Source of the DNA: an uncultured Bifidobacterium sp.
GTDB lineage: Bacteria > Actinomycetota > Thermoleophilia > Miltoncostaeales > Miltoncostaeaceae
Assembly: GCA_964541555.1 (NCBI GenBank)
Contig: CAZIQQ010000001.1
Coordinates: 9,224-58,123 of the forward strand
Direction: 5' to 3'
DNA: 48,900 nucleotides
Positions 34,016 to 43,439 of this stretch are shown here, piece after piece (positions within the stretch are counted from its first letter, which is position 1; every line of letters starts with the position of its first letter). The translations under genes and the position numbers were made by a program. The notes beneath the pieces were generated by a model, which had not been told where the DNA came from, ran no database searches, and saw nothing but the letters and a program-made list of their open reading frames with translations.

Positions 34016-34536
34016 CGGTTCAGCACCGCCTCGAGCGCGGGCGCCGGGGGCAGCCCCGCGGCCAGTTCATGGATGGGCTCGGGCACGCCCTCGCGGAGGG
34101 CCGACCTCGCCGCGCGCGCGGCGTCGGCTCCCCCCGGTCCCGACTCGCCCGAGATCGCTGCAGCGGTCGACCGCCACAGCGGGGCGAGGTCCTGCTCGCG
34201 CCCCGATGCCACGGCTGCGGCCGACAGCGCCACCAGGTCGCCCAGGGCCTCCACCATCGCCAGGTCTCCCGTGGCCGCGATGCGCACCAGGCCCTGCGCG
34301 TAGCAGTAGTCGCCGGCCAGCACGGCGGCGCCCATGGGCACGTTCTCCACGTGGCGCGGCCGGCCGTGGTGCAGCAGGAAGCCCTCGAGGATCAGCTCGA
34401 GCCCGAGGGCGTTCTCGCGCGGCAGGGGCGGGCTGACCAGCGGCACCAGCACCTCGTCGGCATCCACGGTGCGCCCCGCCAGCGCCGGCTGCTCGGCCAG
34501 CACCTGGCTGACGCGGTCGGCGTCGGTGCCGATCAC
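34012..34536 (-). CDS. Hypothetical 174-aa protein wedged between hemL and ubiD
   Basis: A GTG at 34536 (GTGA overlap with the hemL stop), and its stop overlaps the ubiD ATG (ATGA). It has high GC3. The AVLAGDYCYAQGLVRIAATGD segment loosely recalls the GDxLLAxA helix of polyprenyl synthases, but there is no DDxxD. Confidence 0.6.
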   Translation of the reverse strand: MIGTDADRVSQVLAEQPALAGRTVDADEVLVPLVSPPLPRENALGLELILEGFLLHHGRPRHVENVPMGAAVLAGDYCYAQGLVRIAATGDLAMVEALGDLVALSAAAVASGREQDLAPLWRSTAAAISGESGPGGADAARAARSALREGVPEPIHELAAGLPPAPALEAVLNR

Positions 34537-35810
34537 GCGCCGGCCTCGTCGAGCGCGCCGGCGAGCGCCCGCGCGAGGATGTCGAACTCGGCGTCGCCGT
34601 GCAGGGTGCTCACGAACCAGGCCTCGAACTGCGAGGGGGGCGGGTACACGCCGCGCGCAAGCAGCGCGCGGGCCACCGCCGCGTACGTGGCGGTGTCGCA
34701 CGACGTCGCACCGGCGTAGTCGGTCACCTGTGCGTCGGTGAAGAACGGCGTGAGCATGGACCCCACGCGGTTGATGGTCACCGGCGCCCCGCTGTCGCGG
34801 ATGAGCTGCTCCAGCCGCGCCCCGCCCTCGTCGAGGCGCTCGTAGGTGCCCGGCTCGGCCAGCCGGCACAGCACGGCGAGGCCCGCCGTGGTGGCCAGCG
34901 GATTGCCCGACAGCGTGCCGGCCTGGTAGCACGGCCCCTCGGGCGCCAGCTCGGCCATGACGTCAGCACGCCCACCGAACGCGCCCACCGGCAGGCCGCC
35001 CCCGATGATCTTGCCCAGGCACGTGAGGTCGGCGCGCACGCCGAAGAGCTCCTGCGCGCCACCCCGGGCCACGCGGAAGCCGGTGATGACCTCGTCGAGG
35101 ATGAGCAGCGCGCCCGTGCGGTCACAGGCCGCGCGCAGGCCCTCGAGGTATCCGGGGGCGGGGGGCACCACGCCCATGTTCCCCGCGATGGGCTCGATGA
35201 TGATGGCCGCCGCGCCCTCGAGGGCCGCCTCGGCTGCCGCCAGGTCGTTGTAGGGCACCAGCCGCGTGGCGGCGGTGGCGCCGGATGTGACCCCCGGGCT
35301 GGTGGGCACGCCCAGTGTGGTGGCCCCGCTGCCCGCCTGCGCCAGCAGTCCGTCGATGGCCCCGTGGTAGCCGCCCTCGGCCTTCACGATCGCCTCGCGC
35401 CCGGTGGCCGCGCGGGCCAGCCGCACCGCGCCCATCACGGCCTCGCTGCCCGACGACGTCATCCGCAGCTTCTCGATGGACGGGAACGCCTCGGTGACGG
35501 CTTCCGCGAACACGACCTCGCGCTCGGTCGGTGCCCCGTATGAGGTCCCGCGCGCCAGTGCCTCGCGCACGTCGCCGATCACCATGGGGTCGGCGTGACC
35601 CGTGATAGCCGGCCCCCACGACGCCAGGAAGTCGACGTACTCGTTGCCGTCGGCGTCCCACACCCGGGTGCCGGCCGCGCGGTCGATGAACAGCGGGTCG
35701 CGCCCGATGCCGCGCATGGCGCGCACGGGCGAGTTGACCCCGCCCACCAGCACGCGCCGCGCGCGCTCGAACAACTCCCTGCTGCGTGCGTCGGCGGGGG
35801 ACCCCTCCAC
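34533..35810 (-). CDS. hemL: Glutamate-1-semialdehyde 2,1-aminomutase
   Basis: SRELFERARRVLVGGVNSPVRAMR N-terminus and an aminotransferase class III body. I prefer the GTG at 35810 (GGAGG upstream, 5 nt after the ahbAB stop). The track ATG at 35861 would overlap ahbAB by 46 nt. Confidence 0.88.
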   Translation of the reverse strand: MEGSPADARSRELFERARRVLVGGVNSPVRAMRGIGRDPLFIDRAAGTRVWDADGNEYVDFLASWGPAITGHADPMVIGDVREALARGTSYGAPTEREVVFAEAVTEAFPSIEKLRMTSSGSEAVMGAVRLARAATGREAIVKAEGGYHGAIDGLLAQAGSGATTLGVPTSPGVTSGATAATRLVPYNDLAAAEAALEGAAAIIIEPIAGNMGVVPPAPGYLEGLRAACDRTGALLILDEVITGFRVARGGAQELFGVRADLTCLGKIIGGGLPVGAFGGRADVMAELAPEGPCYQAGTLSGNPLATTAGLAVLCRLAEPGTYERLDEGGARLEQLIRDSGAPVTINRVGSMLTPFFTDAQVTDYAGATSCDTATYAAVARALLARGVYPPPSQFEAWFVSTLHGDAEFDILARALAGALDEAGA

Positions 35811-35815
35811 GGTTC

Positions 35816-36894
35816 CTAGGCCTCCGGCAGCGGCGAGCCCGCCATCGCCAGGTCCTCCCACGCGCGGTACTCGGGCGAGTAGTAGCGCAGGCGCACCTTC
35901 TTGAACTCGAACGTCGAGTAGAGCACGGCGTAGTCGTCGTCACCCAGGCCGGCCTCGGCTGCCAGGGCCGCGATGGTCTCCTCGCAGGCGTCCTTCGACC
36001 GGGCGTGGACCATGGTGAAGAGGCTGTAGGGCCAGTCGTCGTAGACGGGACGGCGGTAGCAGTGCGACACCGACTTGAAGGTGGCCATGCGGCTGCCGAA
36101 GTCATCGATGTCGGCCTCGGGCACCTTCCACACGGCCATGCCGTTCGCGCCGAACCCGGCGCGCCTGTGGTTCAGCACCGCGGCGAAGCGGCGCATGAGG
36201 GTGCGGTCCTGCATCTCCTGCGCCTTCGCGAGCAGGCGGTCGACATCCCACCCGGCGGACTCGGCCCAGGCGTCGAAGGGCTCGTGCACGAGCGGCAGGT
36301 CCTCCTGCAGGATGAGGATGGCCTCGCGGTCCTCGTCGGACGGCGCGAACCCGTCGCCGCGCTGTGGCGGGGCCATGGGCTCGGCCCGCGCGGTGGTACC
36401 CGTGTCGCCCGTCATGTCGAGCTGCACGTTGATCTTGTAGAGCATGAGGGTCGGGAGGATGCGCATGGAGATGGCGCCCGTCTCGCGCGCCAGCACGTCG
36501 AGGGTGTCCTCGATCGACATGCGGGCGTCGGGCTCGACCGCCAGCGTGAACCACATGTTGAAGTTGTGCGTGCGCCGGTAGTTGTGGCTGACGCCCGGGT
36601 GGCCGTTGATGACCTTGGCCGCGTCGAACAGGCGGTCGTCGGGGTAGGCGGCCGCCACGAGGGTGCTCTCGTACCCGAGCGCGCGCGTGTCGAAGATGGC
36701 CGAGACCTGGCGGATGATCGCGGCGTCCTTCAGCACGCCCATGCGCCGGAGCACCTCGTCCTCGTCGATGCCCACCGACTCGGCGATGCCCGCGAAGGGC
36801 CGGCGGTCGAGTGGGATCCCCGCCTGCAGGGCGTTGAGCAGCCGCTGGTCGACCTCGTCGGGCTTGTGCTGGATGGGCCTTGCGGCGGCGGTCG

Positions 36895-36898
<4 letters not shown>
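35816..36898 (-). CDS. ahbAB: Fused siroheme decarboxylase AhbA-AhbB (NirDL/NirGH-like, two AsnC-type repeats)
   Basis: There are two tandem modules. Each has an N-terminal wHTH-like segment (LLNALQAGIPLDRRPF; ILILQEDLPLVHEPF) and the signature GVSHNYRRTHNFNMWFTL / SVSHCYRRPVYDDWPYSLFTMV. A GTG at 36898 forms a GTGA overlap with the hemB stop. Confidence 0.8.
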
Positions 36899-37917
<1,019 letters not shown>

Positions 37918-37942
37918 GACTGCCGAGTGTATCGTCGGTTTC

Positions 37943-38554
37943 GTGCCGGAAGGGGTGGACCCGCATCAACTGGGGGCGGTTGGCCTGGCGCCCGACCAGA
38001 TGCTGCAGGGCTACGTCCAGGGGCTGTTCCCCATGGACGAGGCCGGCGCCACGGGCGCCGTGGGGTGGTACTTCACCGACCCCCGCGCGGTCATCGTCCC
38101 GTCCACGGCCCGGGTGCCGGCCACCGTGCGGCGCATGCTGCGCCGGCGCGGATACGAGGTGCGGGTGGACACCGCCTTCGCGGAGGTCGTGCGCTCGTGC
38201 GGAGGCGATCGCGATGGCGAGTGGCTCACGCCCCGCCTCGCGGCCGCATACGGGGCGCTGCACGACGCGGGGTTGGCCCACAGCGTGGAGGCCTGGGACG
38301 GCGACCGGCTGGTGGGTGGTCTCTTCGGGGTGTGGCTGGGCCGGTTCATGACCGCCGAGAGCATGTTCCACCGGGCACCCGACGGCGGCAACGCGGCCAT
38401 TGCCGGACTGCTGGCCATCGCCGCCGACGGCGGCGCCGAGATGATCGACGTGCAGATGGAATCGCCGCACGCGGCCCGCTTCGGGGCCCGGGGCATCCCG
38501 CACGGCGAGTTCATGGAGCGCCTGGCGCGCGCCCTTGCGCCTCCGCCCGGCTAG
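37943..38554 (+). CDS. aat: Leucyl/phenylalanyl-tRNA--protein transferase
   Basis: MLQGYVQGLFPM, WYFTDPRAVI, AFAEVVRSC, WLTPRLAAAYGALHDAGLAHSVEAW and LVGGLFGVWLGRFMTAESMF are typical L/F-transferase blocks. The start is GTG at 37943 or 37955. The 5' part of the track ORF is antisense to hemB. Confidence 0.8.
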   Translation: MPEGVDPHQLGAVGLAPDQMLQGYVQGLFPMDEAGATGAVGWYFTDPRAVIVPSTARVPATVRRMLRRRGYEVRVDTAFAEVVRSCGGDRDGEWLTPRLAAAYGALHDAGLAHSVEAWDGDRLVGGLFGVWLGRFMTAESMFHRAPDGGNAAIAGLLAIAADGGAEMIDVQMESPHAARFGARGIPHGEFMERLARALAPPPG

Positions 38555-39903
38555 GCGTGCATGCGGCGGCCAAGCGCCACGCGCGCGGCCACGCCGTACA
38601 CCAGCGCCACCACGGCGAGGATCCCCATTCCCGTGTAGGTCGACGACGTGACCTCGGGGTCCACGAGCAGGCCCTGGAATGTGCGCGCAGCCGGTCCGAA
38701 TCCGGCCAGGGCGCTGGCCCAGTAGGCGATGTCGTTGCCCGGGATGAGCGAGATGACGGCCAGCGGGAGGGCGATCATCAGGCCGGCGAGCAGCGCCGTG
38801 CGCGTCTCGCGCGCGAGGGCGCCGATGAGCAGTCCGAACGCGCCCGACGCCAGGCCTGCAAGCAGCAGCGCCGGCAGCCACAGCAGCCAGCGCCCCACCG
38901 AGACCGACGTGCTGAGTGCCACCACGCCCAACAGCACGAAACCCACGACTGCGCACGCGAGCGCGGCCAGCACCGCCTTCTGGGCGATGATGGTGCCCGG
39001 GCCCGCGAGCCCGCGGCCCAGGCGCGAGAGCACGTGGTCCTCGCGCTCTGCAGACAGCAGCGCGGCGGCCAGCAGAACGCCCACGAGGCCGATGCCCACC
39101 ACCAGCGCGCCCGCGATGCCCAGGGCCGAGAGCGGCTCGCGCCCCGGCGCCCCCTCGCTGATCTCGAGCTTGATGGGGCTGGCGATTGCCTGGGCCGCCG
39201 GCTTGGCCAGTTCGAGGTTCTCGCCCACGCCCGAGATGTAGTCGCGCAGGGGACTCAGGCGATTCGCCAGCGCCCCCCGGCCGTCCCGGCGAAGCTGCGC
39301 CTGGACCCGCGCGAGTTCCGCGCTGCTCTCGTTCAGGCCCAGCAGCGTGCCCGAGCGCCCGAAGATGCCCACGGTGCCGCCGTCCTGGATGAGGTCCACG
39401 AGGTTGAGCACCTGCGTGACGTAGGCGGTGGCCAGGGCCTGGTTGAGGCGGAACACGGCCGACTCGAGGTTGCGCTCGATCGCCTGGGCCTCGATGGGCG
39501 AGCGGGGGTTGGTGGCCAGCTGCAGCACGGGTGGCTTGAGCCCCGACTGCAGGTCGGCGATGAACCCCCGGGGCACCGTGAGCACGGCGCTCACGCGCCC
39601 CGCGGCGAGGGCCTCCTCCGCCTGGGCCGGGTCGAGGCGCACCAGGTCGACGTCGTCCTCGAGCCGCGTTGCGTAGTCGTCCACCGACAGGCGCTCGTCG
39701 CCCACCTGCACGGTGCGCCCCGATGCGGCATCGAGGTTGACGAACGCGACCCCCGGGCGGCGGTCGCCCCCCGACAGCGCAATGGCCAGGAGGATGGCGA
39801 TGACGATGGGGTATCCGATGAGCACGGCCAGCAGTCCCCGGCTGCGCACCAGCACCCGCAGGTCCTTCCGGAACAGCAGCGCCCCGGCCCGCAGCGCCCT
39901 CAT
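38551..39903 (-). CDS. ABC-2-type transporter permease with a large extracytoplasmic loop
   Basis: One N-terminal TM segment, a loop of about 200 aa, then 5 C-terminal TM segments. It has an ATGA overlap with the ATPase gene. Confidence 0.8.
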   Translation of the reverse strand: MRALRAGALLFRKDLRVLVRSRGLLAVLIGYPIVIAILLAIALSGGDRRPGVAFVNLDAASGRTVQVGDERLSVDDYATRLEDDVDLVRLDPAQAEEALAAGRVSAVLTVPRGFIADLQSGLKPPVLQLATNPRSPIEAQAIERNLESAVFRLNQALATAYVTQVLNLVDLIQDGGTVGIFGRSGTLLGLNESSAELARVQAQLRRDGRGALANRLSPLRDYISGVGENLELAKPAAQAIASPIKLEISEGAPGREPLSALGIAGALVVGIGLVGVLLAAALLSAEREDHVLSRLGRGLAGPGTIIAQKAVLAALACAVVGFVLLGVVALSTSVSVGRWLLWLPALLLAGLASGAFGLLIGALARETRTALLAGLMIALPLAVISLIPGNDIAYWASALAGFGPAARTFQGLLVDPEVTSSTYTGMGILAVVALVYGVAARVALGRRMHA

Positions 39904-40583
39904 GCGGCGTCATCCACGAGGTGCATGAACGCGGCCTCGTCCATGTCGCCCGCGGGGCCGTCGTGCAGCAGGCGGCCGCCCGCCAGCACCAGCACGCGGT
40001 CGGCGTTGCGGGCCGCCTCGTCCATGGACTGCGTCGAGAACACCAGCGCCATGCGGTCGGCCCTTACCAGGTCATCCATCCAGGCCCACAGGCGCACGCG
40101 CTGGTCGGGGCTGAGGGTGCCCGTGGGCTCGTCGAGCAGCAGCAGCGCGGGCGATCCCGCGAGGGCGATGGCCAGGTTCAGTCGCTGCAGGGTGCCCGTG
40201 GACAGCGCGCCCGCGCGGCGATCGGCGAACTCCCCGAGGTCGGCGCGCGCGATGAGGTCCTCGGCCGTGGCCCCTGCGTCGCCCATGCGCTCGAGGCCCG
40301 CGAACAGCCGCAGGTTCTCGCGCACCGTGAGGCGCGGGTAGAGCGCGGGCTTCTGGGGCACCCACCCCACGGCGCCCGTCGACTCGGCCGTCCATGTGAT
40401 GGCGCCCGCGTCCGGCGCGCCCACGCCGGCGAGCATGGTGAGCAGGGTTGTCTTTCCGGCGCCGTTGGGCCCCGTGAGCGCGATGCGCTCACCGCGGTCG
40501 ATGCCGAGGTCGATCGGCGCGAGCGCCTCCACCCGCCCGTACCTGCGCGTTATCCCGCGCGCCTCCAGCAGACGGTCGCCCAC
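39900..40583 (-). CDS. ABC transporter ATP-binding protein
   Basis: Walker A GPNGAGKTT, signature LSTGTLQRL, Walker B LLLLDEP. Confidence 0.92.
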   Translation of the reverse strand: MGDRLLEARGITRRYGRVEALAPIDLGIDRGERIALTGPNGAGKTTLLTMLAGVGAPDAGAITWTAESTGAVGWVPQKPALYPRLTVRENLRLFAGLERMGDAGATAEDLIARADLGEFADRRAGALSTGTLQRLNLAIALAGSPALLLLDEPTGTLSPDQRVRLWAWMDDLVRADRMALVFSTQSMDEAARNADRVLVLAGGRLLHDGPAGDMDEAAFMHLVDDAA

Positions 40584-40593
40584 GGTGCCCGGC

Positions 40594-41850
40594 CTACTCG
40601 GCGCCGGTTGGGCGGGGGGGCTGGGTGGGCACCACGTTGGTGACGTCCATGGTGTCGCCCTCCCCGGGTGCGTCTGCCGGGGGCTGCGCTGCCGTGCGGC
40701 GTGGTGGCGGTGCGAGGCCGGTGAGGGTGTCGCCCTGCGCGGGATCGGCGGCGTCGGCCGGCGCCGCGGCGGTGGCGGGCACGAGGCCGAACCAGCCGAG
40801 GCGCTCGCTCAGGTACACGGCGGTCTCCTTGAGGATGACCACCACCGGCACGGCGAGGATGATGCCGATGAAGCCGTAGAGCTCCTCGCCGATGAGCACG
40901 CCGAAGATGACGACCAGGGGATGCACGCCCACCGCGTCACCCATGACCTGGGGCACCACCACGTGGCCCTCGAACTGGTGGATGGCGATGAACGCGATGA
41001 GCACCCACAGCGCCGTCCACGGCGAGATGAAGAGGGCCAGCAGCACGGGCGGCACGGCCCCGAGGATCGGCCCGATGTACGGGATGAACTCCATCAGGAA
41101 GATCCACGCCGCGAACAGCACTGCGTAGGTGGCGCCCTGCGGGAAGATTCCGGTGACGCCGAATATCCAGAGGATCACGCCGGCGCTCACGCCGATGATC
41201 AGGCAGACGAGGGTCTGGGCCTTGATGTACTGCACGAGGGTGTGCTCGGTACGGCGCAGGAACTGCGACGCCGATGGCCCGCCCAGGCGCCTCGCCGCGC
41301 GGGCGATCTGCGGGGCGTCGAGCAGCATGTACACCGCTGCGACGATGATGATGATGATGACCACCAGCGCCCCGAGCGCGCTGAGGGAGTACGACACCGC
41401 ATTGCCCGACAGGTCGTTCGCCCAGCCCCGTATTGCCTGCAACGCGGCATTGGCGCGTTCGGCCACGTCGATGTCGATGCCGTTCCGGTCGAAGAAGCCC
41501 TGGAGGTTCTGCACCTGCCGTTGGGCCTGGTCGGTGTACAGCGGCAGGTTCGCCCTGATGGTGGTCAGCTGCAGCTGGATCGCCGGGATGAGCAGCACGA
41601 TCGCCGCGGCCACCGTGCCGAGGAACGTGAGGAACACCGTGGCGACGGCCAGCCCCCGCGGCACGTGCCCGCGTCGGAGCCCGCGCACGAGCGGGTTCAG
41701 GAGCAGGGCGATGACCACGGAAACGAGGAACACGAAAAGGACGCGTCCCAGCGTCTGGCCCGCGATCCAGATGATCACGACTATGGCGGCCGCCGTGCCG
41801 ATCCATGCCCACGGCGGTGCTGTGGCCTGACGGCCCGTCATGGGCGGCAT
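40594..41850 (-). CDS. AI-2E/PerM-family (UPF0118) transporter
   Basis: It has 8 or more TM segments and a characteristic C-terminal block FIPYIGPILGAVPPVLLAL...HPLVVIFGVLIGEELYGFIGIILAVP. Confidence 0.82.
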   Translation of the reverse strand: MPPMTGRQATAPPWAWIGTAAAIVVIIWIAGQTLGRVLFVFLVSVVIALLLNPLVRGLRRGHVPRGLAVATVFLTFLGTVAAAIVLLIPAIQLQLTTIRANLPLYTDQAQRQVQNLQGFFDRNGIDIDVAERANAALQAIRGWANDLSGNAVSYSLSALGALVVIIIIIVAAVYMLLDAPQIARAARRLGGPSASQFLRRTEHTLVQYIKAQTLVCLIIGVSAGVILWIFGVTGIFPQGATYAVLFAAWIFLMEFIPYIGPILGAVPPVLLALFISPWTALWVLIAFIAIHQFEGHVVVPQVMGDAVGVHPLVVIFGVLIGEELYGFIGIILAVPVVVILKETAVYLSERLGWFGLVPATAAAPADAADPAQGDTLTGLAPPPRRTAAQPPADAPGEGDTMDVTNVVPTQPPRPTGAE

Positions 41851-41882
41851 GGTATCCCCGCTGGTCTAGCCTTGCGAGGCCG

Positions 41883-42644
41883 ATGCCGCCCCTGACACGT
41901 GATCAGCTCCGGTCGCGCCGAGCCGTGCGCCGGCAGGACGACCAATATCGCAGCAACCGCGTGCTGCTCACCATCGTCGCGCCCGCCGTGCTGGTGGCCG
42001 CCATCATCGCCGCGGTCGTCCTGGCCTTCTACGACGGCGGGTCGCAGTCCGATTCCGCCGCGCCCGCCGGGCAGCTGGCATCCCCGGTGCCGCCATCCGG
42101 CATCGGCCAGGCCAGTGCCCCGCAGCGCGTGGTGCTCGCCCGTGCCGGGCAGGTGGAGGTGGCGCTGCCGGTGGCCCAGAAGCAGGTGACCGCCGTGATG
42201 TTCCACCCCATCGCGGACCCCGGAGCCGTGAACATGACCCCGGCGGCGGGCGTGGCCCACAACGTGATCTCCGACGACGAGGGCGAGCCCGGCACCGCCG
42301 GGGTCGACGTCGGCGCCCCCGCGGGCAGCACCGTGTACAGCCCGGTGGACGGCGTGGTCACCGCGGTGATCCCGCACCGCATCTCGGGTCGGCCGGAGGG
42401 GCTGGAGATCGTCATCACCCCGGCGGGCGTCCCCGACGTCGCCGTGCGCGTGAGCCACATCGAGCCGGGCCCCGACGGAATCGTGCCGCGGGTGGGGTCG
42501 CCCGTGGGCGCCGGGCGCACGGTGCTCGGTCGCGTGCGCGACCTCTCCCGCGTGGCCACCTTCGACATCGCGCGCTTCACAAACGACGCCGGCAACAACG
42601 TGCAGGTCGACCTGGTGCGCCAGACGACCGGCCCGGGGGTCTAG
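41883..42644 (+). CDS. Membrane-anchored protein with a degenerate LytM/M23-like domain
   Basis: An ATG at 41883, an N-terminal basic region and a TM segment (VLLTIVAPAVLVAAIIAAVVLAF). GVDVGAPAGSTVYSPVDGVVTAV...VSHIE...VGSPVGAGRTVLGRV follows the M23 beta-barrel pattern, but the HxxxD and HxH metal ligands are not present. Confidence 0.5.
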   Translation: MPPLTRDQLRSRRAVRRQDDQYRSNRVLLTIVAPAVLVAAIIAAVVLAFYDGGSQSDSAAPAGQLASPVPPSGIGQASAPQRVVLARAGQVEVALPVAQKQVTAVMFHPIADPGAVNMTPAAGVAHNVISDDEGEPGTAGVDVGAPAGSTVYSPVDGVVTAVIPHRISGRPEGLEIVITPAGVPDVAVRVSHIEPGPDGIVPRVGSPVGAGRTVLGRVRDLSRVATFDIARFTNDAGNNVQVDLVRQTTGPGV

Positions 42645-43439
42645 GTGGCGGCGGATGTCTTCACCGCGCTGGTGCTGGGCGACGTGTTCGGCGGTGCGGG
42701 AATGCGCGCCGTGCAGGACGTCCTTCCCGGGTTGCGGCGGCAGTACGGCCCCGACCTGGTGGTGGTGAACGCCGAGAACGCCGCGCACGGATCGGGTACC
42801 ACGCCCAAGCAGGCAACCGCGCTGCTCGACGCCGGCGCCGACGTGCTGACGGGCGGCAATCACACCTTCCGCCGACCGGAGATCTTCGCGGTCCTCGAGC
42901 AGGACCCCCGCGTGCTCAGGCCGGCCAACCTCACCACGCGCGGCCCGGGCTCGGGCACGGTGGTGGTGGATGCCCGTGGGGGCTTCCGGGTGGGCGTGAT
43001 CAACCTCATCGGGTCGGTATTCATCGAAGCGGCACAGAGTCCCTTCGCCGTGGCCGATGACCTGGTCGATCGCATGCGTCGCGAGACGCCCCTGATCATC
43101 GTCGACATCCATGCCGAGGCCACCAGCGAGAAGCTGGCCCTGGCCCGACACCTGGATGGCCGCGTGACCGCCGTGGTGGGCACCCACACGCATGTGCCCA
43201 CGGCCGATGAGCGCGTGCTGGCGGGCGGCACCGCGTACATCACCGACCTCGGCATGAGCGGGCCGCACGATTCGGTGATCGGGGTGAAGGACGAGCCCGT
43301 GCTGCGCAGGTTCCTCACCGGTCTGCCGGCCCGGTTCGAGCCGGCCACGGGTGACGTGCGGGTGCAGGGGGTGGTGGTGCGCGCCGAACCCACGGGGCGC
43401 GCCATCTCGATCGAGCGCCTGGACCTGCCCGCCGGCTAG
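42645..43439 (+). CDS. ymdB: YmdB-family metallophosphoesterase (2',3'-cyclic-nucleotide phosphodiesterase-like)
   Basis: ALVLGDVFGGAG, VVVNAENAAHGSG, TGGNHTF, DIHAEATSEK, GTHTHVPTADERVL, and YITDLGMSGP...SVIG. Confidence 0.85.
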   Translation: MAADVFTALVLGDVFGGAGMRAVQDVLPGLRRQYGPDLVVVNAENAAHGSGTTPKQATALLDAGADVLTGGNHTFRRPEIFAVLEQDPRVLRPANLTTRGPGSGTVVVDARGGFRVGVINLIGSVFIEAAQSPFAVADDLVDRMRRETPLIIVDIHAEATSEKLALARHLDGRVTAVVGTHTHVPTADERVLAGGTAYITDLGMSGPHDSVIGVKDEPVLRRFLTGLPARFEPATGDVRVQGVVVRAEPTGRAISIERLDLPAG

